A stretch of 64,000 bases of DNA from Methanothrix sp. (GCA_963682135.1 OY821645.1:1344001-1408000), one strand, 5' to 3'; counted from the stretch's first letter, positions 17,924 through 28,385 are shown. Translations and numbers: made by a program. The notes: generated from the letters alone by a model not told the origin.

Positions 17924-18586
17924 CTACTTCCAGTCAAGTTTATTCCAATACTCGTACTCGTGCTCCCAGCTCTCTTTGTTCATCTTCACGAGCTTCTTGA
18001 AGTACTCGCGAGTCTCCTCTTGCATCTCCCTCTGCTCGATATAGTCGCGTTTGATCCGGATATCCTCTGCTAGAGATTTGCCCAGCAGGAAGGCCTTCTT
18101 CTCCGCAGCCTCTTGAGCCGCAGGCCCCTGGATCATGGCCGCGCCGACGCTTCCTGTGACGAAGGCTCCGAAGTTGAGCATGATGCCGTCCAGGTAGGTT
18201 GTGACCTGATCGTAGTTGCTGCCGCCGCTGGCCACGCTGCAGCAGTACTTGCCATTAAGAAGCTGGCAGTGAACGGCGTCAGCCATGCGGTCGATGAGCG
18301 TCTTCATCTGAGCCGTCACCGAGCGGAAGTAATTTGGCGCTCCCCAGACCAGGCCGTCCGCAGCCAGGATTTTGTCGTAAAGCCCCTGGAAATCATCCTT
18401 GTGCACGCATTTGCCTTCCTTGAAGCATACCTGGCAAGCGTTGCAGTACTTTATATCCAGCTTGCAGACGTCCACCACTTCCACCTCGGCACCTGAGGCT
18501 TTCGCCCCGTCCAGAGCGGATTGGACAAGGCGCAGAGTCGTGCTCTTGGAGCCGCGCGGGCTGGCACAAATTCCTAAGACCTTCAT
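17924..18586 (-). CDS. Iron-sulfur flavoprotein (Isf-like flavodoxin / FMN reductase family)
   Basis: ASPRG..STT, the compact Cys motif CNACQVC..EGKC, and GAPNYF..VTAQMKTLIDR. Confidence 0.9.
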   Translation of the reverse strand: MKVLGICASPRGSKSTTLRLVQSALDGAKASGAEVEVVDVCKLDIKYCNACQVCFKEGKCVHKDDFQGLYDKILAADGLVWGAPNYFRSVTAQMKTLIDRMADAVHCQLLNGKYCCSVASGGSNYDQVTTYLDGIMLNFGAFVTGSVGAAMIQGPAAQEAAEKKAFLLGKSLAEDIRIKRDYIEQREMQEETREYFKKLVKMNKESWEHEYEYWNKLDWK

Positions 18587-18658
18587 CTCTTTTCCTCCAT
18601 TAACTTATCATGATAGTCATTGATCTTATGTATTGCGTTCTGGGATCTTTTTTTTAAT

Positions 18659-19495
18659 TCAGGTTACCACTGCGTTCTTGAAAACCCGCCAGGCCACCAG
18701 GAACATAACTGCGGCAAACCCCGTCAGCGCCAGAAAGGAGAGGAGCATGTCGGAGCTGCTGTAAACATAATGGATGCCGATGGCATAAAAGTCGCTTCCT
18801 ACGGCAAAGTAGCGTACACCGTTCACCAGGTGGGTGAGGGGATTGAACTGAGCAAGCATTCTCATTGTCCCCGGGAAGGCATCAATGGGGTAGAGGGCGT
18901 TGCTGGCGAAGAACAGCGGCAAGGTGAGAAGGGTGATCACGGCCTGCAGACCCTCGGGAGTGTCCATGCTCATGGATATGGCCGAGGAGAGGAAGAGAAA
19001 TCCTATAGAAAAGACGCCCACAAAGAGCAGCACTCCCAAGACGGCACCTGCCGTCTGCAGCAAGGTGTAGCCGGGAAAGAAGCGCACTCCGATGAGAAGG
19101 CCAAAACCCATGATGACCATCACCTGGATGAAGGACTTGGTGACGCCGGAAAGACCAATGCCCAGGATTATGTGATTGCGGGGCATGGGGCTGGCCAAAA
19201 GTTCTCTCATCAGCCCCCAATTCTTGTCGAATAGAAGGGTGATTCCCCCAAAGAGGCTGGTAAATAGAGTGGTCAGAGCAATGACTCCCGCACCCATGAA
19301 GGTCAGGTAGGAGACGGCTGTAGCTCCCTGGGGCAAGGTCATGCCCGCGCTAAGCCGTGAGAAGTTGCTGGACATGGCCGCCCCATAAAGCGCCATCCAT
19401 AGAGCCGGCTGGATAAGGGAGGCTACAAGGGCAATCCTGAAGCGAACAAAGCGAAGCATATCGCGCCAGTAGATGGTCAAAAATTCCCAGGACAT
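18659..19495 (-). CDS. ABC-2 type exporter permease (DrrB-like)
   Basis: About six hydrophobic helices, with ELLASP, LPLFFASNALYP and NPLTH..GVR; coupled to the ATPase gene. Confidence 0.9.
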   Translation of the reverse strand: MSWEFLTIYWRDMLRFVRFRIALVASLIQPALWMALYGAAMSSNFSRLSAGMTLPQGATAVSYLTFMGAGVIALTTLFTSLFGGITLLFDKNWGLMRELLASPMPRNHIILGIGLSGVTKSFIQVMVIMGFGLLIGVRFFPGYTLLQTAGAVLGVLLFVGVFSIGFLFLSSAISMSMDTPEGLQAVITLLTLPLFFASNALYPIDAFPGTMRMLAQFNPLTHLVNGVRYFAVGSDFYAIGIHYVYSSSDMLLSFLALTGFAAVMFLVAWRVFKNAVVT

Positions 19496-19496
19496 A

Positions 19497-20480
19497 TCAT
19501 CTGCCTCCTTTGGGCATGATCCGGTGAAGCTTTTCCGCTCCCGCCTCTCTGATACCTCTTCCGGTGTGGTGCACGAATACATCATCCAATGTAGGCTTTT
19601 TTAGGTTGACGCTGATGATCTGGATACCTATTTCCCGCAGCCGGTTCATGATGATGGGAAGACAGTGCGTGCCGTCCGTGTTGATGGTGACCACAAGGCC
19701 CGCGGGCGCGACCTTGACATTCCTAACGGCCTTAATGCCCCGCAGCATGCTCTGCGCGGCGGCGTTATCGCTGGTGTCCAGATAGATCATATCATTTCCC
19801 AGACCGTCTTTGAGGGCAGTCGGATTGCCGGAAGCTATGATCTTGCCGTGGTCCAGGATATCGATCCAGTTACTGACCTGGTCCGCTTCATCCATGTAGT
19901 GAGTAGTAAGAAAGATGGTGGTTCCTGAATCGTTGACCCTTTTGATGTAGTCCCACAACCTGCGCCTGGTCTGCGTATCCAGGCCGATGGTCGGCTCATC
20001 CAGGAAGAGTACCTTTGGTCTGGTCATAAGACCCCTGCCAATTTCCAGCCGCCGCTTCATGCCGCCGGAGAGAAAACGGGTGCGTACATCTCTTTTCTCC
20101 TCCAGCTCCACCAGTTTTATGATCTCATCAATTCTCTCTTTTCGCTCTGCTTTGGGCATGGAATAGATGCGGCCGTGCAGCTCCAGGGTCTCCCAGACGG
20201 TGAGGTCGCGGTCCAGCGTCTCATCCTGAAATACAATGCCTATGGAGCGGCGCACCTGCTGAGGCTCTTTGGCCAGGTCGTATCCGGCAATGATGACGCT
20301 GCCCTTTTGCACAGGCAGAAGGGTGGTTAGAATATTGATGACTGTGCTCTTCCCCGCCCCGTTGGGCCCCAGGAAGGAGAAGATCTCTCCCTCCCGCACG
20401 AAGAAGCAGACGCCGTCAACGGCTCTGAAGTCGCCGTATTTGTATTCGAGATCCTTGACCTCAATAATTCTATCGCTCAT
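19497..20480 (-). CDS. ABC exporter ATP-binding protein (DrrA-like)
   Basis: Walker A GPNGAGKS, signature LSGGMKRR, Walker B LFLDEPT and H-loop TTHYM. Confidence 0.95.
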   Translation of the reverse strand: MSDRIIEVKDLEYKYGDFRAVDGVCFFVREGEIFSFLGPNGAGKSTVINILTTLLPVQKGSVIIAGYDLAKEPQQVRRSIGIVFQDETLDRDLTVWETLELHGRIYSMPKAERKERIDEIIKLVELEEKRDVRTRFLSGGMKRRLEIGRGLMTRPKVLFLDEPTIGLDTQTRRRLWDYIKRVNDSGTTIFLTTHYMDEADQVSNWIDILDHGKIIASGNPTALKDGLGNDMIYLDTSDNAAAQSMLRGIKAVRNVKVAPAGLVVTINTDGTHCLPIIMNRLREIGIQIISVNLKKPTLDDVFVHHTGRGIREAGAEKLHRIMPKGGR

Positions 20481-20595
20481 TTGCAGCTTCGACTTCCTAC
20501 CTCTGAGAATTTATAGACAGCAGATATGGCCGCAATGGGGACAAAAGTCTTAACATATTTGCCCACCAATTAAGTTAGAAAATATTGTCCAAGGT

Positions 20596-21102
20596 GTGAT
20601 TAAGTTGACAAAGACAGAGGATTTCTTGATGGAGGCTTTTGCCGGAGAATCGCAGGCGAACAGGAAGTACACCGCTTTTGCCGCCCAGGCCGATAAAGAG
20701 GGCCTGGCTCAAGCTGCCAAGCTCTTTCGGGCTGCCGCCGAGGCGGAAGCGGTGCATGCCGCCAACCACCTGCGCGCCCTCAAGGCCATCAAGAGCAGCA
20801 AGGAGAACCTGCGCGAGGCCATCGCAGGAGAGACGCACGAGTTCAAGGAGATGTATCCGGAGATGATCGCCACCGCGAAAGCTGAGGGCGCCAGGGATGC
20901 GGAGCGCAGCTTCAATTTCGCCAACGCCGTGGAGGAGTACCACGCCCGGCTCTATCATGATATGCTGCAGAATCTGGAGGCAAAGAAGGAGAGCTATCCT
21001 TACTTCGTCTGCCCGGTATGCGGCATGACTGTGGAGCGTGAGGCGCCGGAGAAGTGCCCGGTATGCGGCGTGAAGGGATCAATGTTTAAAAAGGTCGAGT
21101 AG
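20596..21102 (+). CDS. rbr: Rubrerythrin
   Basis: AFAGESQA, EAVHA, GETHE and EEYH di-iron ligands, then a C-terminal CPVC...CPVC rubredoxin site. Confidence 0.93.
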   Translation: MIKLTKTEDFLMEAFAGESQANRKYTAFAAQADKEGLAQAAKLFRAAAEAEAVHAANHLRALKAIKSSKENLREAIAGETHEFKEMYPEMIATAKAEGARDAERSFNFANAVEEYHARLYHDMLQNLEAKKESYPYFVCPVCGMTVEREAPEKCPVCGVKGSMFKKVE

Positions 21103-21167
21103 ACTTTAACATCTTTTTATTCTGATTTGAATATCTTTACCATTGCATTATTTTGTGCAGCAACCAG

Positions 21168-24100
21168 CTATCCCGCTTCGCCCTCTTCCGGATTGTGCCG
21201 GGACATGGCCAGCCATCTGGCCAGCATCTCAGCCAGCTCTCCCGGCTGGACGGGCTTGGCTATGAAGTCGCTCATGCCGGCCAGGAGGCATCTCTCCCTG
21301 TCGGCCTGCATGGCGGAAGCAGTCATGGCGATGATGGGGATGCTCGGACTGCTCGCCGCGGCCTCCTTTTCTCGGATGGCGCGGGTGGCCTCAAAACCGT
21401 CCATCACAGGCATCTGGCAGTCCATCAAAACCAGATCGTAGGAAGCATTCTGCAAAGCCTTTACTGCCTCCCGGCCGTTGGCCACCACATCCGTCCGGCA
21501 GCCCAGCCTTCTCAGCATGGCCAGGGCAACTCTCTGGTTCACGAGATTGTCTTCTGCCAGCAGGATGCGAACCTTACCGGGCAGTGTCGGAGCCGGGCCA
21601 AAAGCCGTGGCCGCTGCCTGGCTCCGGGAGGCAGTCAACTGGACACTGCTTGCAGTCTTCTCGAACCTGGCTGTGAACCAGAATGTCGATCCGACTCCCT
21701 CAACGCTCTCTGCTCCGATCTTGCCGTCCATCATATTGGCCAGTTGCTTGGAGATGGCAAGACCCAGGCCGGTTCCGCCGTATTTACGTGTGGTGGAGCC
21801 GTCTGCTTGCGTAAATGGCATGAAAAGAGCCTTCAGGCAGTCGGCCGGGATACCGATGCCCGTATCGAATACCGAAAAGCGAAGCGTGATATTTTTGTCT
21901 TCTTCTTTCTCGACGCTGACCTGAATTTGGACCTCACCCCGGTTTGTAAACTTCACCGCATTGCCTCCCAGGTTGGCCAGAATCTGACGCAACCTGCCGG
22001 CATCACCACGCAGCTGCATGGGCACGGTCGGCTGGACCTGGCAGGTTATGGACAACCCCTTCTCCCGAGCACTCCTGGAGAGGAGATCGGTTGTATACTT
22101 CAGCACATCAGCCAGGTTGAAGTCCTTCACCTCCATCACCAGCTTACGAGCCTCAATTTTGGAGAAATCCAGGATATCGTTGATCAGTGCCAGCAGCGCT
22201 TCGCCGCTTATGTTGATGGTTTGGGCGTACTCCTGCTGCTCACTACTCAAATTTGTGTCCAACAGCAATTCAGTCATGCCTATGACGCCGTTCAAGGGCG
22301 TGCGGATCTCATGGCTCATGTTGGCCAAAAATTCACTCTTGGCAGCATTGGCCTTTCTGGCAAGTGTAGTCAATTCGTTCGCCTTGGCAATTGCTACCTT
22401 CAGCTGCTGGTTGGTCTTTTGCAGCTCCTCCTCTGCCCACTTGCGCTCAGTTATATCCCGGATGATGCCCACAATAAACTTGCCACCGGAATTGTCGGTA
22501 TACAATGTCTTCTTGGTAATTATGGTGCGATCCTTTCCCCGTGAATCAGTAATAACCTCCTCATTTACGTTCTCTTTTCCCGTTTCAAAGACCCTCTCGT
22601 CCTTCTCCAGGAATACAGAAACCTGCTCAGATGGAAAGAAATCATAGTCCATCTTTCCCAGGAGGACCTCACTGCTGTGGCCCGATAATGCACAGAAAGC
22701 ATTGTTCACCAAAACAAATTGATGCTGCCGATTCTTGACGAATATGGGATCGCCAATGGAATTGATTATCTTTTCCAGGTAGTCCTTGGATTCTTGCAGC
22801 TCTTCTTTTGCTCTCTTACTCTCTGTAATATCGCGAATGGATTCTATGGCACCCAGGCGCTTTCCTTTGGCATCGAAGATGGGCGCCCCCGTCGCCCATA
22901 CATGTGCTCCTTTGCCGCCGAACAATGAAGGCGCAAATATTTCTGCATAGAGTGTGTTGCCTTTCCGTTGCACATATTGATAGTTGGATGCAATTTCCTC
23001 ATCATCCTTATCCAGTAGATCCAGCAACTGTCGCCGCCGTTCACCATAGAACGGGATGGCATAAGCATGATCGCCCTGACCTATCATATTCTTCTTGTTG
23101 ACCCCGGTCATCTCCTCCATGGCCCGGTTCCAGGCGATTACCTTTCCCTGCAAATCAATGACAAATGTTGCATCGGGAAGAAACTCAATAATTGCCGACA
23201 GCCTGCTCTTTGCTTCCTGCTCTGCATCCTCAGCCAGCTTCTGGTCGGTCATATCGGAAAAGCAGATGACTGCGCCATAAGGTGTCATCTCGCGTTCTTT
23301 GAATAGTGGAATGGTATTGATGTTGATCCAGGAGATCTGATCGGTGACGGCATTTCTGACGCCCATGACCACATTTCGGCAGGGCTCTCCCGTCGTAAGG
23401 GTATGAATGGATGGATGCTCGGCCCCTGGGAATTCTGACCCGTCTTTGTGGACCGTACTCCAATTAAAACTGCTCGAATCAAGACCCAAGACATCTTCAG
23501 CTCTTCTGCCAAATACCCGTTCTGCAGCCTTGTTCCAGGTCAGAATTTTTCCCGTACTTTCCTGGAGGATTATCCCGTCGCTGGCCGACGAAACCACCGT
23601 GCGATACCGCTCCTCGCTGCGGCGCAGCTCCTTTGCCTTCTGCTTTTGCTCTGTGATGTCTGACAAGACCCCGGTTATTCCCAATGTCCGACCCTGTTCG
23701 TCATTCTCAATTCGACTGAAGGATCTAACATGCCTGTATTGATTGCATTTGTCGCGTGCGCGGAATTCGTAAGGCTCAAGCACGCCTTGCATTGTTTTGC
23801 AGAGACTGGCTCTCAGACCGGACAAGTCCTCGGGATGAATGAATTTTGCAAAGTCCTCACCAATAACTTCTTCCGGCCTGTATCCCAGCAGTTGCTCTAC
23901 TACCGGACTTACGTAAATAATCAGCCCTGCGCTGTCCAGTGTAAATATAGCATCGTTTAGGTTTTCCACAAGGGTTCGATATTTTTCTTGCGATCGTTTT
24001 AGTGCCTCTTCCATGAGCTTGTGTTCTGTGATATCGATCAAAAATCCCTGGTAGGATGAAACCCTATTGTTCGGGCGATACTCTGCATCGACCATTGCAT

Positions 24101-24410
24101 CAGCCTGGATGGAAACCCAGACCCTATTCCCGTCTCTGCGAAACAGCTCAGCCTCGAAGTTCCTAACGCCGCCCGTTTCTTTCAGGAGGCGATGAAACTC
24201 TCGCTCCTGGAAAGGATCGGCAAAAACCTGCCTATCGATGTCTGTGACGGAATTTATCAGATCCACCGGTGAATCATATCCCAGGATGCGAGCAAGAGCG
24301 GGATTCACAATCGCATATCGTCCTTCCGCTGATGTCTGATAGACTCCTATTGCTGCATTATCAAAGAGGTATTGGGAAATTTCTCGGGCCCTCTTCCCAT
24401 CGTTTTCCAT
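21168..24410 (-). CDS. Cytoplasmic multi-PAS hybrid histidine kinase with receiver domain
   Basis: About five PAS/PAC repeats, H-box [16 protein letters not shown] box NAVKFT, G boxes DTGIGI and [10 protein letters not shown], and receiver LLAEDN...LMDCQMP...KP. Confidence 0.95.
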   Translation of the reverse strand: MENDGKRAREISQYLFDNAAIGVYQTSAEGRYAIVNPALARILGYDSPVDLINSVTDIDRQVFADPFQEREFHRLLKETGGVRNFEAELFRRDGNRVWVSIQADAMVDAEYRPNNRVSSYQGFLIDITEHKLMEEALKRSQEKYRTLVENLNDAIFTLDSAGLIIYVSPVVEQLLGYRPEEVIGEDFAKFIHPEDLSGLRASLCKTMQGVLEPYEFRARDKCNQYRHVRSFSRIENDEQGRTLGITGVLSDITEQKQKAKELRRSEERYRTVVSSASDGIILQESTGKILTWNKAAERVFGRRAEDVLGLDSSSFNWSTVHKDGSEFPGAEHPSIHTLTTGEPCRNVVMGVRNAVTDQISWININTIPLFKEREMTPYGAVICFSDMTDQKLAEDAEQEAKSRLSAIIEFLPDATFVIDLQGKVIAWNRAMEEMTGVNKKNMIGQGDHAYAIPFYGERRRQLLDLLDKDDEEIASNYQYVQRKGNTLYAEIFAPSLFGGKGAHVWATGAPIFDAKGKRLGAIESIRDITESKRAKEELQESKDYLEKIINSIGDPIFVKNRQHQFVLVNNAFCALSGHSSEVLLGKMDYDFFPSEQVSVFLEKDERVFETGKENVNEEVITDSRGKDRTIITKKTLYTDNSGGKFIVGIIRDITERKWAEEELQKTNQQLKVAIAKANELTTLARKANAAKSEFLANMSHEIRTPLNGVIGMTELLLDTNLSSEQQEYAQTINISGEALLALINDILDFSKIEARKLVMEVKDFNLADVLKYTTDLLSRSAREKGLSITCQVQPTVPMQLRGDAGRLRQILANLGGNAVKFTNRGEVQIQVSVEKEEDKNITLRFSVFDTGIGIPADCLKALFMPFTQADGSTTRKYGGTGLGLAISKQLANMMDGKIGAESVEGVGSTFWFTARFEKTASSVQLTASRSQAAATAFGPAPTLPGKVRILLAEDNLVNQRVALAMLRRLGCRTDVVANGREAVKALQNASYDLVLMDCQMPVMDGFEATRAIREKEAAASSPSIPIIAMTASAMQADRERCLLAGMSDFIAKPVQPGELAEMLARWLAMSRHNPEEGEAG

Positions 24411-24559
24411 CTAGATCTTTCCTGCAATCTTCCAAAAAGATCATAGTTATTCTATATACTTTAACTTGTAGGATCGCGATGGATGAATTTAGCTGGTGAT
24501 ATCGCTAACTCTAGAGAAAGAGCAAAAAATATTTACACCCATCCCCCCACCAGTCTGCC

Positions 24560-25537
24560 ATGAAATATCTTATACTTTTGGCGCTGGTTCTGATGATCTG
24601 CAGCTCTGGATCATTCGGCCAGACTAACAACACCACTTTCGATGAGTTAATGGCCTCAGCGTTGAGATCTCTGGTAGTCGATTCTTCTGCCAATCTCGAA
24701 TCCTACCGCTTTACCCTGGAGATGGAACAAAAAATCGATCTGGTTAACCTCTCCTCTGGCGATATTCAGAAGCTTTACACGCGCTCATTCGGCAGTGGCA
24801 TGGCCAACGTGACCGAAAGCGCTCTCAAGTTGTCCATGGCCTCCCTCTCCCACGCAAAAGGCGATGAAGACAACACCAGCGCCATTGCGATGGAAGAGTA
24901 TCTTATCAACGACACCCTCTACCTCAAGGTAGATGGAAACTGGACGGTCATGAAGATGCCCGGCGTGGCTGATGCCTGGTCGGCGCAGAACACAATGACT
25001 CAGCAGCTGGAAATGTTCAATAAGTCTCGCCTCTCTCTGATAGGTTCGGAGAAGGTGGATGGAGTGGACTGCTACAAGGTTCGAGCGGAGACGGATATGG
25101 GCTCGATGGCCGACCAACTCTCTGCAGAAGTGACATCTCTTGTGCCTATGCAGAGCATGAACTACAGCGAACTCTTCCGCAATATGGCCCTGGACGTTCA
25201 CTATTGGATCACCAAAGATACTCACCTTCTCAAGAAGACGGATGTAACGGAGGTCTTCGTGGTGACACCTCAGTCTCTAGGCCTAACAGCCAACGAATCT
25301 GATACCCAGGAGATGCGAATCGAATCTGTTGTCTCCATTCTCTTCGAGGGCTTCAATGAAAGCGTGAACGTCAAGCTTCCGGCTGAGGCAATGCAGGCCC
25401 AGCCCTTCCCCATGGGTCTGATGGCCTCAGAAGCTGCACCTTCCGTCCCGGAAGGCAATGAGACGACGCTAAATGAAACGCTGCATAATGATACAATAGC
25501 AGAAAGAAATACTGCTCAGGCCGCCGTGGCGGCTTGA
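24560..25537 (+). CDS. Exported protein, probably LolA/LppX-like beta fold (DUF6612-like)
   Basis: Signal peptide. EYLINDTLYLK.DGNW, GSEKVDGVDCYKV, YWITKDTHLLKK and FNESVNVKLPAEA are typical of this fold. Confidence 0.6.
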   Translation: MKYLILLALVLMICSSGSFGQTNNTTFDELMASALRSLVVDSSANLESYRFTLEMEQKIDLVNLSSGDIQKLYTRSFGSGMANVTESALKLSMASLSHAKGDEDNTSAIAMEEYLINDTLYLKVDGNWTVMKMPGVADAWSAQNTMTQQLEMFNKSRLSLIGSEKVDGVDCYKVRAETDMGSMADQLSAEVTSLVPMQSMNYSELFRNMALDVHYWITKDTHLLKKTDVTEVFVVTPQSLGLTANESDTQEMRIESVVSILFEGFNESVNVKLPAEAMQAQPFPMGLMASEAAPSVPEGNETTLNETLHNDTIAERNTAQAAVAA

Positions 25538-25564
25538 GGTCACTTTTTTCCCAACATGAGAAGG

Positions 25565-25915
25565 TCAAACCATTCTCTTTCGCCTGGCTATAAGGAGCAT
25601 GCTAATTGCCAGAAAGGCAGGCAGCACACCCATGCCGGGTGATTGCTGTGCAGTCCCGTTTTCGGTCTCGTTTTCGAAAAGATCATCATCGAGATGAGTC
25701 TTCTTCTTGGTGTTCTTAGCAGCCATGCCCAGGCTTGAGATTCCTATCATCTTGGCAGCTCCATCGGTGAAGGAACTTGTTGCCTTTGATGAGACGCTCT
25801 TGCTGTGAAAACCGCTCGATTTCCCTCCGCTTCTTCCGCTCGACTTGGCATCTATGGCCGCTACGCTCACCAGAAACAGCACGATCAGCAATACAATGAT
25901 TATCTTCGGCTTCAT
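25565..25915 (-). CDS. Small Ser/Gly/Lys-rich surface protein with PGF-CTERM-like sorting signal (PGM variant)
   Basis: Signal peptide MKPKIIIVLLIVLFLVSVAA; C-terminus SPGMG, then a TM helix and basic RRKRMV. Confidence 0.7.
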   Translation of the reverse strand: MKPKIIIVLLIVLFLVSVAAIDAKSSGRSGGKSSGFHSKSVSSKATSSFTDGAAKMIGISSLGMAAKNTKKKTHLDDDLFENETENGTAQQSPGMGVLPAFLAISMLLIARRKRMV

Positions 25916-25967
25916 CTCATTTCTCTCCACTGCATCTATCGCCTTTTCATTTAACATTTTATAATAA

Positions 25968-26546
<579 letters not shown>

Positions 26547-26675
26547 TTATTAAGGGGTGATTGGTTTGCTGGTGGCTTGTGGCCTGGGGCGGCTTTTTGT
26601 TACAATCTCCCTTCCTTTGCCTTTTGCCGCCTCGGGCCATCTCCTCCTTTCCATCCAATGGCAATTCTTTGCAGA

Positions 26676-28313
26676 TTAATTTGTCGGACGCGGCCCGCAA
26701 ATCTCCCGGATATTTTCCGCCTGCGTGATCACCTCCGCAAAGTTGGTTGCCGCTCTTCCCCAAGCAGCCGACTTTGCAGAACTATTTTCCTCCAGCAGAG
26801 CCCGGTCGAGCCACCAGACCGCTTCCCAATAATTGTTTTCCGCCTCCGCCCATAAATTAGCTCCTTTTTGCGGCGGCTCTTTTCCCATCATCTGAACCGT
26901 CTTCCACATGGCAGCTGATGCATCATCTTTGAGGTCAAATACCAGGTCTTCCGGTCGCGATCCTATGGTAAAGTTGATATAAGTCCCAGTCTGGCCGCCG
27001 GTCAATGTGCCCCAGTATGGCATATCGGGATTTCCGGTGCAGATGGAGACTTTATGATCAGCGGGAACGGCTATAGCCGAATAGAGTGTGGCAACATCAG
27101 GGCGGAAGCGGCTGATGGTGTTGGTGCTCCAGGGATCGTCAAGATGCCATTTCTTCCCGTCCCACCAATCAGTTAAGGAGAATGTCTCAACGGCCGCCGA
27201 ATAGTTGAATTCCCCCTGCCGATCGGTGATCATCTTCTCAGCCGTCAGGTATCGATAGTAGCTGGAAGGGTAATACTTGAGTGGATCCCATATCGGTTGA
27301 GAAGGCTTCATGACCGGACTCATGTAATGGTTGGTCACAACCAGATAGTCCGACTCGTTGTTGTCTCCAGCTCGCCGGATGGCGTACCTGGACCGGGTAG
27401 CCTCCAGGACAGTGGCATTGCCCCCGGCATCCAGAAGCATGTGATTAAGGCCGAACATGCGAGTGGAGTTGATGAGGAAATTTTCCGCTTCAGGGACATT
27501 GCCGCAGGTCATGGCCACATAGGGCAGCTCCAAAAAGCCAGTAATGCCGGGGCCGTTGTCGCCGGGACCCTTCTGGGGCGCTGCAGCCAGGATGTAAATC
27601 AATCCCTTATCATTGAAGGCAGAGTTGCTGGCCGTGCGCCCCGCACCGCTGGGAATGATACAGGCATTCCCCGAGTCTGGGTAGAGAGCAAGGATGATTG
27701 AATAGGAATTAGATGGCAGATGATAGTAATCGAAATTTGTCCCTGCGATCATACCTTTGCCGGTGGCGTTGCCGAAAGCGGCTATGATTGTGCAGTGATC
27801 TGGAGGCTCCGGCCCCTTGCTGCCGCCCCAGTAGAGCATCACTACTGGATCATCCTGGCCGAAAGAATAGCCCTGATCGATCATGCCGTCCGACAACCCC
27901 AGGAAAAATGAGAAAAAATCAAATTGAGGGAGCTCTCTTGCAATATATTGCCGGTATTCCAGGCAGCGGTGCAAGATCTCCTGCGATGAGTTCTTGGCGA
28001 GAGCACTGGCCCAGGCGGCGTCCCGCACGATGGCAATATACTCGCCTGCCTGAAGGGCATACTGATACCCCATCTCGTAGGGATCGCCTTGCAGCACGAC
28101 GATGGGCATCATGCCCGGTGGAGGGTGATAAGATTGGGATGATATGCCCACTAACGGACCAGAATTATTTAATTGGTCACGAGATAGACTGGCAGGATTT
28201 ATCTTTTCCGCATCTTCGGCGATTGCCAGTTGTGCCGAAGAGCAGTAAGCCAAGATACAGAGCAGTACAAGAGCTAATTGAAGGAAAGAGTCTCGGAACT
28301 TTTTTTGGAACAT
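26676..28313 (-). CDS. Secreted C45-family (acyltransferase / Ntn-hydrolase) cysteine peptidase-like protein
   Basis: Signal peptide, GDPYEMGYQY, putative N-terminal nucleophile DH|CTIIAA, GTNFD, FNDKGL, VTNHY and SYYRY. Confidence 0.72.
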   Translation of the reverse strand: MFQKKFRDSFLQLALVLLCILAYCSSAQLAIAEDAEKINPASLSRDQLNNSGPLVGISSQSYHPPPGMMPIVVLQGDPYEMGYQYALQAGEYIAIVRDAAWASALAKNSSQEILHRCLEYRQYIARELPQFDFFSFFLGLSDGMIDQGYSFGQDDPVVMLYWGGSKGPEPPDHCTIIAAFGNATGKGMIAGTNFDYYHLPSNSYSIILALYPDSGNACIIPSGAGRTASNSAFNDKGLIYILAAAPQKGPGDNGPGITGFLELPYVAMTCGNVPEAENFLINSTRMFGLNHMLLDAGGNATVLEATRSRYAIRRAGDNNESDYLVVTNHYMSPVMKPSQPIWDPLKYYPSSYYRYLTAEKMITDRQGEFNYSAAVETFSLTDWWDGKKWHLDDPWSTNTISRFRPDVATLYSAIAVPADHKVSICTGNPDMPYWGTLTGGQTGTYINFTIGSRPEDLVFDLKDDASAAMWKTVQMMGKEPPQKGANLWAEAENNYWEAVWWLDRALLEENSSAKSAAWGRAATNFAEVITQAENIREICGPRPTN

Positions 28314-28385
28314 GATGAATGATAATGTACCTATTCGATAAAATTCTTTTGAGTTAGTGCAGCTACCAACATCGCATTTCACAGA

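Noticed and set aside
21153-22647. Long + strand ORFs (463 aa and 209 aa)
   Set aside because: Antisense shadows of the hybrid histidine kinase.
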